NCBI GenBank assembly: GCA_963804995.1 | Contig: CAWDSK010000006.1 | Span: forward strand, 352,001-416,000 | From: an uncultured Acidobacteriota bacterium | GTDB taxonomy: Bacteria; Acidobacteriota; Terriglobia; UBA7540 | Direction of reading: 5' to 3' | Length of the DNA stretch: 64,000 nt | In this document: positions 31,219 to 41,500 of the stretch, piece by piece | Layout of the letters: each line of letters begins with the position of its first letter | Position numbering within the stretch: position 1 is the first letter of the stretch | Made by a program: the position numbers and the translations under genes | Notes under the pieces: model-generated | What the model saw: only the letters and a program-made list of their open reading frames with translations | Databases searched by the model: none | What the model was told of the DNA's origin: nothing

Positions 31219-31416
31219 TCACCGCTTTCGTGCTTTGGCAATCGCTCTCTCAGCGATTAGCTTGACGCGGTGGCCCGTTTCAGTGTTTGGGTTTCCTACG
31301 GTCAATAAGATGTCCTCAAGTGCTGTAAGCACATCGTCCAGCTCGGATTTAAGTTGTGCGGGAGTTTTCCGTTTGATTGGTTTGTCACTCTGGATTGCTT
31401 TTCCCATCGTTACCAT
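31219..31416 (-). CDS. Small hypothetical protein
   Basis: 65-aa helical ORF with GGAGG upstream. Confidence 0.45.
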   Translation of the reverse strand: MVTMGKAIQSDKPIKRKTPAQLKSELDDVLTALEDILLTVGNPNTETGHRVKLIAERAIAKARKR

Positions 31417-31460
31417 CCTCCGCCTACGAAGCGGGTCATTTTAGGACGTAGCTCTATACG

Positions 31461-31649
31461 TTATTCACACCCCTCGTAAAACCTGAGCCTGGGAAACTCT
31501 GAGAGCATGTCACGCCAAGCTAATCGGTCTGCTTCGGCGTCCGATTTGCCCTCATCCAAGTAGAAGCAGAAGGCGAATGCCCAGCAGTGATCTTCCTGCG
31601 GTGTGAGTATCGCGCGCCGTCTTTCCGTACGCCGAACATTTCCCGCCAC
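31461..31649 (-). CDS. Small hypothetical protein
   Basis: 62-aa ORF with GAGGAGG RBS and GTG start. Confidence 0.5.
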   Translation of the reverse strand: MAGNVRRTERRRAILTPQEDHCWAFAFCFYLDEGKSDAEADRLAWRDMLSEFPRLRFYEGCE

Positions 31650-31711
31650 AGCCGCCCTCCTCAGTCAGAATGCATTTCTCAAGATAATCGGCAATATTTT
31701 CAAACACTTTA

Positions 31712-31897
31712 GTTCGTCTTCGGGCGCTCAACAAGAAAGATTTTATCCTTCAAGAAGTTTACGCGTTCGCCGCCCAGCTTCAAGCGCTGCATCCCGACAA
31801 CCGGCACGTGCCGGACAAGATCCGGCAGCAATTACAAGTCTTGCGCGACCTGGGGTTCATCGAATTCCTGGGCGGGGGGCGGTATCGGTGCTTGTAG
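31712..31897 (+). pseudogene. DpnI (Dam-replacing) C-terminal winged-helix remnant, not in the ORF track
   Basis: FILQEVYAFAAQLQALHPDNRHVPDKIRQQLQVLRDLGFIEFLGGGRYR then stop; no start codon or catalytic domain. Confidence 0.88.
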
Positions 31898-31994
31898 CGC
31901 AGGGCCCGCTCTCCGGCCCTGCGGCTCTTCCCCGGGGTATGTCAAGGCCGCGCCGTGAAAAACGCATCGCGGTGGAAAAGCCGCAAGGCCGGAG

Positions 31995-32718
31995 AGCGGG
32001 CCTTGCCGCCGCCCGTAGGTACGGTCAGCCGAAAGAATCCGGGAAGCTGCTCGGCGGCGCTTACCGCAGCAAGATAAACTTCGTGACGGATGCGGTTTAA
32101 GGGGTCAGCTTGCTTCCCACTCAAGGCAAGTTGGTTCAATTCAAAAACTCGCGACAAGTCCTCAAGAGAGGTCGGTCGCGGTCGGATGGCTGACTTCTCG
32201 GGATTGAAGTGACGCTCTGTATCCAGAAAGTCGCTGTCTACCAACGCTGAGAACAGCATTCGGAGGAAGAAGTCGGCCCCAAGCTCTGAGCGAACAAACA
32301 CGGGCAGCCGAAGGGGGCGCTCGGGCTCAAGCAACAAACCGGAACGCTGTGCGATGGCCAACGCCTCGCCCGTGCGCCCTTCATTGGTTTTTTCGCGTAG
32401 CCAGTTCTTCAGGTCTGCGCGGGACGGCAAGCCTCCATGGTGTCCGGCGACGAGGAAAGCCAGCGCGTCGCAAACCTTCGAGGCCATCAGCGCACCTGCA
32501 CCCTTGTGATCCGGTCCGTGGGGGGCAGCAGGTGCGCTTAGGTAGGCTTGGAAGTCGGGATGAAATTTGCCGAGGTCGTGCCACAAACCAACCCAGTGGC
32601 CCAGCTCTTCGGCCTCAAACTCTCCGCCACATTTCGACGCAAGCTTGGCGACCTCTTGTAAGTGGGTCGCTAGGTCGTGCCTGACGCCACGATAGTTCTC
32701 TGAATGCGCGAAGGCCAT
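31995..32718 (-). pseudogene. cas3: Cas3, HD nuclease domain present, truncated at helicase Walker A
   Basis: AHS..LATHL, LWHDLGK, DH, GHHGGL, RMLFSALVDSDFLDT, LTVPTGGGK, then homology is lost. No other cas genes or array nearby. Confidence 0.9.
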
Positions 32719-33036
32719 TCCGCGCAATTCTCGCACATGGCCTGGAGATTTCGTACTGATTTTGGAAAGGCGAAGCAGGCAGCCATCAGAGTTGTCCTTC
32801 ACCTCCGCCGCTATTTGCTTTGCCCGCACAAGGCCGCAGACTTCATGGACAAGTCTGCGCTACAACCTGCGGCTTCAGACCCAGAGGATTTTGAGGGCAG
32901 TGCCCCCGCGCTCGAAGTCCTGGATAATGGTCAGCAAGCGCTGGGCGTTAGCATGTGCCGACCTCCCGACCAAGTCCGGTTCCGGTCGGCGCTACAAAGA
33001 CAGGCGATGCGGTCCGGGAGGCCGAACAGTCGCCCA

Positions 33037-33065
33037 CCATTAAGATCGGCGGACTTTCAGCCGCG
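33037..33065 (+). repeat. 29-bp direct repeat, right border of the defence cluster
   Basis: CCATTAAGATCGGCGGACTTTCAGCCGCG. Confidence 0.9.
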
Positions 33066-33629
33066 GCGACCCCTACATGACGCCGTTCCCGAGCCCGGCA
33101 AGATCACTTTCGTCTTCCCTCAAGCACGGGACACGGGATATGGGGCACGGGAAACTGGATTCGGGGTTGGGATTTCGGGCAAAGTGGGGGCTGCCCCAGC
33201 CGCGCCCGCCAGCGATCACGCCGCGTTCCTCAGGCGCGCCGCATAGGCCCTGGCTTGTTGCCGCGCAGCAAACGCAAAGCTGTCGGAAATCACTTTCCGG
33301 TTAGCCCCTCAATTTTTCGCTCGCTTGTTCGTCTTTTATTCGCCTAAAGCCTCCTTTGAACTGATGCCGGGAGTTGCGGGGATGTGCGGGGATTTGTGGG
33401 GTAGCCACAATGCATTCGGCCCAAAACCTGCTTTCCTGAAATTTGACCCACGGCCAAAATTCAAACTGTACCGAAATCTGGCGGGTGCCCCCGGGCCGCG
33501 CTTTTGCGAGCTTCGTGTATAATTGCCTGCACCTCATCGTCACCCAGAGATTTTCCGGCAATGCTAAATCGCGACGTTCCAAAAAGCGCTGTCGTCGGGT
33601 ACAATCCAACTTCTCGTGGGAGGGTTAGA

Positions 33630-35582
33630 ATGCGCAAGCTAACGCGGCGGGAATTTGCTCACATGGCGGGTCTTGCCACCGGCACTTGGGGTGCGACCGC
33701 GATATACCCGGACTGGATCCGAGCGGCGGGGAAACCACTTGGATCTCCAACTCCGTCCCCCCAGCCGCAGGTTAATGCCAATCTGTACTCTGACCTTTTG
33801 AAGAGCTGGTGCGATGGGTTGATGTCCGTGCAGATCCTGAGCCCCCGCAGTCTCCATCACGGGGGAATTCTGTGTCCGGTTTGCGGGATGATCCATGGGT
33901 GCTGCGGCAATGCGCTCTATCCGTTCTTGCGCACGGCGCGAACCACCGGCGACTCCAAATACATCGAAGCCGGACTGCTGGTGCACGACTGGATGGATAA
34001 GGTCGAAGGCCGTCCCGACGGCAGTTGGCTCGAGGAAGTCGACAAGAGCCCCTGGAAAGGGCCGACGGTTTTTCAAGCCATCGCGCTGGCGGAAGCCCTT
34101 CAGCACCACGGCTCGCTGGTGGAGGCACGTATCCGGCAGGGATGGACTGACCGGCTGGCGCGGGCGGCGAATTGGCTCGACCTTAACATGAACATTCAGA
34201 CGGGGAACATCAATTACCCGGTGACCGCCACCTACGGCTTTGCGGTCTTAGGTCAGGTGCTGGATAAACCGCATTATACCGACCGTGCCCGCCAGATTGC
34301 CCACACCACCCTGGACTATTTTACCGACAACGGTTTGTTGTTCGGGGAAGGCCATCCGCTTAAAGCCGTCACTCCCAAGGGCTGCCACCCCGTGGATTTG
34401 GGCTACAACGTCGAGGAATCGCTGCCCTCGCTGACGCTCTATGCCTTGGCCACCAACGACCAGCAAGTCCTGGACCGGGTGGTCAGCTCGCTGCGAGCGC
34501 ACATGGAGTTTATGCTTCCCGACGGCGCCTGGGATAACAGTTTCGGCACCCGCAACTTCAAGTGGAGTTGGTGGGGAAGCCGCACCAGCGATGGGTGTCA
34601 TCCGGCTTATGAACTGCTGGCGGACCACGATCCCAGGTTCCGCGAGGTCGCCTGGCGCAATCTGCAATTGCTGGACGCGTGCACTCACAACGGCATGCTT
34701 TACGGTGGCCCGGATTACTTTGCCCATGGGGACTGGCCGTGTATACAACACACCTATGAACACGCCAAGGCCCTGGCCACCGTACTGGACCGCGTTCCCG
34801 ACGCGCTTGAACCCAAGCCGCGCGTGAGTTTGCCGCGCGAGGAGGCTTATGGTCTGAAGAGTTTTCCCGAAATCGGCACCCGTCTGGCGGCCATCGGGGG
34901 GTGGCGGGCCACCGTGACCGAATATGACTGGGGTTATTCGGGGTTCGGCGTACCCGGTGGCGGGCATGCGAGTGGCGGAGCTCTGTCGCTGCTCTATCAC
35001 CTGGCGCTCGGCCCCATCCTGGTGGCCAGCATGACCGAGGAGGAGATGGTCGAACCCCTCAATCAGCAGACCTACCACGATCGTCCGCACATGACCCTGA
35101 CCACCCGGGTTGAGTGCGCGGCCGAGGATCGGGTCTACACCAGCTTGAGCGACCTGGACGCGGTGGTAACCGCGAATACCGCCCCGCAGCAAATTACCAT
35201 CGCCGCGCAGGGCCGATTACTGACGGCTGCGCACCAAACTTTTGTCGAACGTGACGTGCACTATAATTTGATCTACCGGCTGAGCGAAAATAAAGTTGAG
35301 ATCGTCGCCAGTACAGACAATAGCGGGCCCGCTCCCGTGCGATTTATCCTGCCCGTGGTCGCCTCCCAGGGGGAGGCAGCCGAGCACGTCGATCCCAAGA
35401 CAGTTCGCGTGACGAAGCGAGGCAAACATCTGCTGGTTCGCACCGACGCACCGCAAGGCTTCGAATGGCAGTCGAGCGAACGCACCTTCAACCTGATTCC
35501 GGGGTTCGAGTGCCTGCCGCTCGCCATCACCCTGCAGCCGGGCCGGGAAATTCGGGTGGAATTGAGCGTCGAGAGCGCGTGA
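33630..35582 (+). CDS. Tat-exported hypothetical protein, possibly carbohydrate-active
   Basis: TRREF signal; conserved-looking DLGYNVEESLPSL and DNSFGTRNFKWSWWGSRTSDG; function inferred from context only. Confidence 0.75.
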   Translation: MRKLTRREFAHMAGLATGTWGATAIYPDWIRAAGKPLGSPTPSPQPQVNANLYSDLLKSWCDGLMSVQILSPRSLHHGGILCPVCGMIHGCCGNALYPFLRTARTTGDSKYIEAGLLVHDWMDKVEGRPDGSWLEEVDKSPWKGPTVFQAIALAEALQHHGSLVEARIRQGWTDRLARAANWLDLNMNIQTGNINYPVTATYGFAVLGQVLDKPHYTDRARQIAHTTLDYFTDNGLLFGEGHPLKAVTPKGCHPVDLGYNVEESLPSLTLYALATNDQQVLDRVVSSLRAHMEFMLPDGAWDNSFGTRNFKWSWWGSRTSDGCHPAYELLADHDPRFREVAWRNLQLLDACTHNGMLYGGPDYFAHGDWPCIQHTYEHAKALATVLDRVPDALEPKPRVSLPREEAYGLKSFPEIGTRLAAIGGWRATVTEYDWGYSGFGVPGGGHASGGALSLLYHLALGPILVASMTEEEMVEPLNQQTYHDRPHMTLTTRVECAAEDRVYTSLSDLDAVVTANTAPQQITIAAQGRLLTAAHQTFVERDVHYNLIYRLSENKVEIVASTDNSGPAPVRFILPVVASQGEAAEHVDPKTVRVTKRGKHLLVRTDAPQGFEWQSSERTFNLIPGFECLPLAITLQPGREIRVELSVESA

Positions 35583-35603
35583 ACGGTTCGCATGTATCTC
35601 GGC

Positions 35604-35653
35604 TGTAGCGGCGCTCTATGAGCGCCGACCGGCGGTCATAGACCGCCGCTACA
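35604..35653. repeat. GTAG REP doublet
   Basis: TGTAG CGGCGCTC TAT GAGCGCCG..GGCGGTC ATA GACCGCC GCTACA. Confidence 0.85.
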
Positions 35654-35767
35654 ATTTATGGCGCTCTGTATAGAAATCAGGATTTAGAATCTCAGCGCTG
35701 AACCTGCCCTAAGCCTTCCATCTTAGAGTCCGGGTCCGTTCGCATCGCCTCATGGAGGTTATAGATA

Positions 35768-38152
35768 ATGGGAAACAAAACCTTTTGGTGTTGGGTCGTC
35801 GCAGCCGGTACGACGCTCGGGTCACTCTCGGTAATTTTCGCGCAAGCCGCAGGCCAAACGCCCATCTACCTTGATCCAAAACGGCCCGTCGAAGAGCGCA
35901 TCGATGACTTGATGAGCCGTATGACGCTGAAGGAAAAAATCGGGCAGCTTAATTTATCCCATGGAGCGCTGGAGCACTATGGCATTCGCGCTGAACATGA
36001 CGATGAGCCGGGAAGAGAGTCTCGGAGGAAGATGGAGACGTACAAGAAATTCATTGCCGGGACGTATTCTGAGAAGATCGGGCCGGCCTGCGGAATCTGG
36101 AGGCTGGGCAGTGAGATGCCGACTGAAAACGCCCAACAGTTAGCGGGGTATTTGAACGAGCTGCAAAAGGTTGCGCTGACCGAGACGCGCCTGAAAATAC
36201 CGGCTATGGCGGATGAAGAAGGCGTGCATGGCGCCATGTTCGCGGGCGCCACAGTTTTCCCGGAGGGTCCTGCCATCGCCAGTTCCTTCGACATGGACCT
36301 GGTACAGGCAATTTACGCGGCGGCAGCGGCGGAGGCGCGAGCGGTGGGGATTCACAGTCTTTCCTCCCTGGTGATGGAAGTAAATCGCGATCCGCGCTTG
36401 GGCCGGCTCGAGGAAGGCTACACCGAAGACCCGTACCTTCTGACGCGCCTCGGCGAAGCCCTGGTCCGTGGTACGCAAGGCTACGATATCTCGGCTCCGG
36501 ATAAGACCATCGCCTTGCTGACAAATTTTCCCACCCAAAGCGAACCCTCGAGCGGCCTGGAGCGCGGGGCGGTTGAGGTATCGGAGCGATCCTTGCGCGA
36601 GAACTTTCTGCCGCCCTGGATCGGAACCATCTCGAAAACCGGGGCCTTGGGGGTGATGGCGAGTTACGCGGAAATCGAGGATGTGCCGGCGCACGCCTCA
36701 GTGAAGTGGATCAACAATGTCTTGCGGCAGGAACTGGGTTTCCAAGGATTCGTGATTAGCGAAGGCAACGGCTTCGAAACCTTGCTCTATGAGAGCATCG
36801 TTCCCACCCAAAAGGAGGCTGGACCACTGGGCTTGAAGGCGGGAATCGATTTGGATAACTCCTACGTTACCTACGGGCCCGCCTTGGTCGAGAACGTGGA
36901 AGAAGGGCGGGTCCCCATGGCGCTGGTGGATCGGGCGGTGCGCAGAGTTTTGGAAGTGAAGTTCCGCCTCGGCCTTTTCGAGAACCCTTACGCCGACCCG
37001 GACCGGGTGAAAATCGTGCACTCGAAGGAGTATCAGGACCTGGCGCTGCGCGCGGGCCGCGAAGGAATCGTGTTGCTGAAAAACGACAAGAACCTGTTGC
37101 CGCTCAGGAAGGATTTGAAATCGGTGGCGGTGATTGGGCCCGACGCGGACAACATCGTGAACCAACTGGGCGACTATTCGGCGAGGGCGCCCGCGGAGCA
37201 GGTGACGACGGTGATCCAGGGAATCAAAGCTGCAGTCTCACCCCAAACCAAAGTCACCGCGGCGCGCGGCTGCAAAATACTGGGCACGGATAAGAGCGGG
37301 TTTGCGGAAGCGGTGCGGGCCGCCAAGGGCGCGGACGTCGCCATTGTGGTGGTGGGAGAAAGCCAGCGCACGTGGAACGAGGCTGATCGTCGGGACTGGC
37401 CGGCCACGGACGGTGAAGGCTACGACGTGGCCAGCCTGGATTTGCAAGGTGTGCAGGAGGACCTGATCCAGGCGGTCTTCGAGACGGGAACTCCCACGGT
37501 GGTGGTGCTCATCAACGGCCGGACCCTTTCCACGCGCTGGGAGTCGGAGCACGTGCCGGCGCTGGTGGAAGCCTGGTTACCCGGCGAGCGCGGCGGCGAA
37601 GCGGTGGCCGACGTGCTGTTTGGGAATTACAACCCCACCGGACGGTTGGCCCTCTCGGTGGCACGGAGCACCGGCCAATTGCCCATCTACTACAATTACA
37701 AGCCGGGCAAAGCTTACCGGATCAGGGTGGGGCAAAACTACGTTGACATGCCGGCGACGCCGCTTTACCCCTTTGGTTATGGGCTGAGCTATACCAATTT
37801 TGAGTATAGCAATCTGCGGATTGAGCCGGCGGAAATTCGCCCGGGCGGCGAGGCGCGCGTGACCTTGGACGTGAAAAACGTGGGCAGCCGGGCAGGCGTG
37901 GAAACCGTGCAACTCTACCTTCACGAGAAATACGCCCCGGTGGCAACCCCCGTCAAACAGCTTCGCGGATTTGAGCGCGTGCCGCTTGACCCCGGAGAAA
38001 CCAAGACCGTCACCCTGAAGCTGACCCCGGAAGACCTCCAGTTACTCAACATCGATATGCACTGGCGCGTCGTGCCGGGCGATTTTGAGATCATGCTGGG
38101 AAAATCGTCAGCGGATATAGCTCTGCAGGGAATACTGAAGGTAACGCCGTAG
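35768..38152 (+). CDS. Glycoside hydrolase family 3 protein (BglX-like) with Fn3-like domain
   Basis: EEGVHG, RDPRLGRLEEGYTEDP, IVLLKN, VAVIGP, YPFGYGLSYT, VKQLRGF. Confidence 0.93.
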   Translation: MGNKTFWCWVVAAGTTLGSLSVIFAQAAGQTPIYLDPKRPVEERIDDLMSRMTLKEKIGQLNLSHGALEHYGIRAEHDDEPGRESRRKMETYKKFIAGTYSEKIGPACGIWRLGSEMPTENAQQLAGYLNELQKVALTETRLKIPAMADEEGVHGAMFAGATVFPEGPAIASSFDMDLVQAIYAAAAAEARAVGIHSLSSLVMEVNRDPRLGRLEEGYTEDPYLLTRLGEALVRGTQGYDISAPDKTIALLTNFPTQSEPSSGLERGAVEVSERSLRENFLPPWIGTISKTGALGVMASYAEIEDVPAHASVKWINNVLRQELGFQGFVISEGNGFETLLYESIVPTQKEAGPLGLKAGIDLDNSYVTYGPALVENVEEGRVPMALVDRAVRRVLEVKFRLGLFENPYADPDRVKIVHSKEYQDLALRAGREGIVLLKNDKNLLPLRKDLKSVAVIGPDADNIVNQLGDYSARAPAEQVTTVIQGIKAAVSPQTKVTAARGCKILGTDKSGFAEAVRAAKGADVAIVVVGESQRTWNEADRRDWPATDGEGYDVASLDLQGVQEDLIQAVFETGTPTVVVLINGRTLSTRWESEHVPALVEAWLPGERGGEAVADVLFGNYNPTGRLALSVARSTGQLPIYYNYKPGKAYRIRVGQNYVDMPATPLYPFGYGLSYTNFEYSNLRIEPAEIRPGGEARVTLDVKNVGSRAGVETVQLYLHEKYAPVATPVKQLRGFERVPLDPGETKTVTLKLTPEDLQLLNIDMHWRVVPGDFEIMLGKSSADIALQGILKVTP

Positions 38153-38578
38153 CGAGCGCGCAGCGTGGGGGGTGGGGCGCGTTCGCCTCTGCGCCGGCGC
38201 CGGGCGGACAAAGGTCTCGCCGCGATGGGGAATTCATCCTGAGGTTCGGATCCGTGACTGGCAAGAGCCGCCCCAGGCGCCCGAACGCTATGGGCTGGTT
38301 TGACTCGAATACCAGACCCTCCTCCCGCCATAAGCTCACAGATCACGTCCTAACTGACCCGGACATTTCATCACGCGCTAATGACAGCCATGCAAAGCTT
38401 TCTTGACATACCGCATTTCATTATGATAAAAGTGCTCGCGAAATATTAGTCAGCACCAAGATTCAGGTTATGCACAGCTAAAATTGATAGTATATGCGGC
38501 CAAGATCACAGCGGCCGCTTGGCGTCCAAGGGTCAAAGGGCAAAACAGGGTAGATTCAATCCGCGGGAGGATTGCCAT

Positions 38579-41500
38579 ATGCTGCGAAAATGCTTGGGCT
38601 TATTCATGCTCGTCTGCTTGAGTGCCGCCGGTGCCTTCGCTCAGGACACGGCAACAATTGTTGGCACGGTTACAGACACATCCGGGGCGGTTATCCCGGG
38701 CGCCAAGGTTGAGGTGGCGCAACCTGCGAAGGGTTATCTGCGGGAATTGGTGAGCAACTCGGCAGGAGAGTTTAACGCCCCCGGGTTGCCCATTGGATTG
38801 TATACCGTCACCGCCGAAGCCACGGGCTTTGAAAAGCTTGTCCACACCGATATCGCCCTTACCGCCGGCCAAATCCAGCGCGTGGACATGAAACTGACGG
38901 TGGGCCAGGTCACCCAGGAGGTTACGGTGGCTGGAAATGTGACCACCGTGCAGACGGAGAACGCGACCATTTCCGGAGTCATATCCGCCACGCAGGTGGA
39001 GAATCTCAATTTGAATGGACGCAACTTCCTGGCTTTGACGGTTCTGGTCCCCGGCGCCGTGCCCGACAATAATTTCACTCCCCAGCACTTGGGTCACTTG
39101 GGCTCTTGTGTGGGAGTTTACTATGACGGGCTGCGATCGGAATTCAGCAACCTGGAGATTGATGGCGGTAATAACTCCGACGAAGCGGGCGGCGGCAACG
39201 GCGGCGACACCACGCCTTCCTTGAACTCCATCGCGGAATTCCGTCTTTCGACTTCCAACTACGGCGCCAACGTCGGACAACACGCCGGCCCGATCATCGA
39301 AGTGGTCACGAAATCCGGCACCAAAGACTTCCACGGCAATATGCACGAATTTGTGCGCAATGACGTCATGGATGCCAACGCCTTCTTCTTGAATCGAGAG
39401 ATCGCCCCGACGGGCGGCAACGCCCCCAAGCAACCCTTGAAGTGGAACACTTACGGCTTCACCTTTGGCGGGCCGTTCTACATCCCGAACCACTACAATA
39501 CGAGCAAGTCCAAGACTTTCTTTTTCTATTCCGAAGAGTTTGCGGCCTATCGGGAAGGGGCGACGATTTCCGGGACAGTTCCTTCACTGAAGATGAGGCA
39601 AGGGGACTTCGGGGAGTGTGACCCGAACTCCGCTGAGGCCAATCCCGTCATTATCTCACAGGGATGCACTCTGCCCACCAATCCCCTTACCAATCAACTC
39701 TACGCGGGAAATCAGGTTCCGGTCGACCCCAATGCCACCGCCTTGTTGTCGCCTTTCATTCCGGTCCCCAATAGCGGCGTGGATTCGTATGTGTCGGCTC
39801 GCACGGTTCCGGAGAACTTCCGGGAAGAGCAGCTTCGGGTAGACCAGAATATCAGCGACAAGGCCCGCATTTTCGTCCGCTACACCCATGACACTTGGGA
39901 GCGGACGCAAACGCCCGCCCTCTGGACAAGCTCCCAATTCGACACCACCGCCACGCGAGTTCAGAACCCCACGGTGGCCGCCGTGTTGAACCTCACCTAC
40001 ACGTTCAAGCCCAACTTAGTCAGCGAATTCGTCATGGCGTACGGGGATGATCCCCACAACTACGTTCCTGTCCCCGGTCCTGCCAACCCTATCAACTCGG
40101 TAAACAAACCGTCCGGCTGGAACGCCAGTAATCTCTTCCCTGCCAACGCTTCCCAGGCTTTGCTTCCCGGTATCAATGTCTCGGGCGGAATACCCGGGTC
40201 GTTCGCCGAGGACTCCGGGGTCTACCCGTTCGTCAACACCAATCCCGTCACGACCGTTAAGGAAAAGATCGCCTGGTCGGTGGGGAAGCACACGCTCAAA
40301 ATGGGAATGTACCTGGAAAAGTACGAGAAGAATGAGGTTTACGGCTATGCGCCCCAAGGAGAACTGACGTTTTCCAGTTCCAGCGCGATTAGTACCGGCA
40401 ACGGGCTGGCCGACATGCTCCTGGGAAGGATTGGGCAGTACACGGAGGGCTCACCCTTCTATAATGGCATCGCCGTGGGTGGGTACAACAAGGGACACTA
40501 TCGTTCCACGCAGTTTGAGCCTTATATCCAGGATGACTGGAAGGTTACCCGGAAGCTGACCCTCAACCTGGGCTTGCGTTACTACTACCTTTCTCCCCTC
40601 CACAACGTCTCGCACCCCATCACGGATGCGAATTTTGTTCCCTCTCTCTATAATGCCAGTGACGCCCCGCAGTTGAATGCCTCCGGAAACCTGATCATCA
40701 GCCCCAACACCGTCAACTACACAACCTTCGGCAATGGGTTGGAGCAGTGTGGTAAGACTATCCCCACCGGGTGCACTTATGCGCACCAGGCCAATATTGC
40801 CCCCCGCTTCGGCTTTGCTTATGATCCCTTCGGCCATGGGACCAGCGTCATTCGAGGAGGGTATGGTATCTATTATGAGCCGCCCAACTTGATCAGTACG
40901 GAACAAATGGAGGGCAACCCACCTTTCAGTTTGACCAATTCGAACTATAACGTCCTCGGTTACCAGAATATTGTTCCCGGAGCCCTGGGGCCGGATACCA
41001 TGCATGCCATCCCTCTGTATGGGGTCTCAACTTACAGCCAACAGTTCAGCCTGGGGATGGAGCATCAGTTCTCCCACAATAATCTGGTGACGGTATCCTA
41101 CGTAGGAAGCCTCGGTCGTCATTTACCGAGACAACGTAACCTGAACCAGGTTCCCGACGGGGTGGGTATGGTGAACGCGCCCGCTCTGGCAGGGACACCC
41201 GGATGTGACGTTTCGGGCAATTGCAATGTGCAAAGTTTGTTGATCAATAATGTCCAGCCCACTATCTTTTTCGCCCCCTACCGTGGTTATTCGACCATGA
41301 ACATGCTGGAGCCCACGGCGATCTCTAGTTACAACGCCGTGCAGGGCAGTCTGCGGCATATGGTAGGTCACGGTCTCACCCTCCAGTTGATGTACACCTA
41401 TGGGCACACCCTGGACAACACCAGCGGTTACGCTCAGAGTTATGGCACCGACAACCAGAACTTGTCGCGCTGGTACGCCACTTCCAATATCAACCGGACG

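Noticed and set aside
32830..33500. CRISPR array or cas operon near cas3
   Set aside because: Only REP-like hairpins and heptamers were seen; no regular repeat-spacer pattern.
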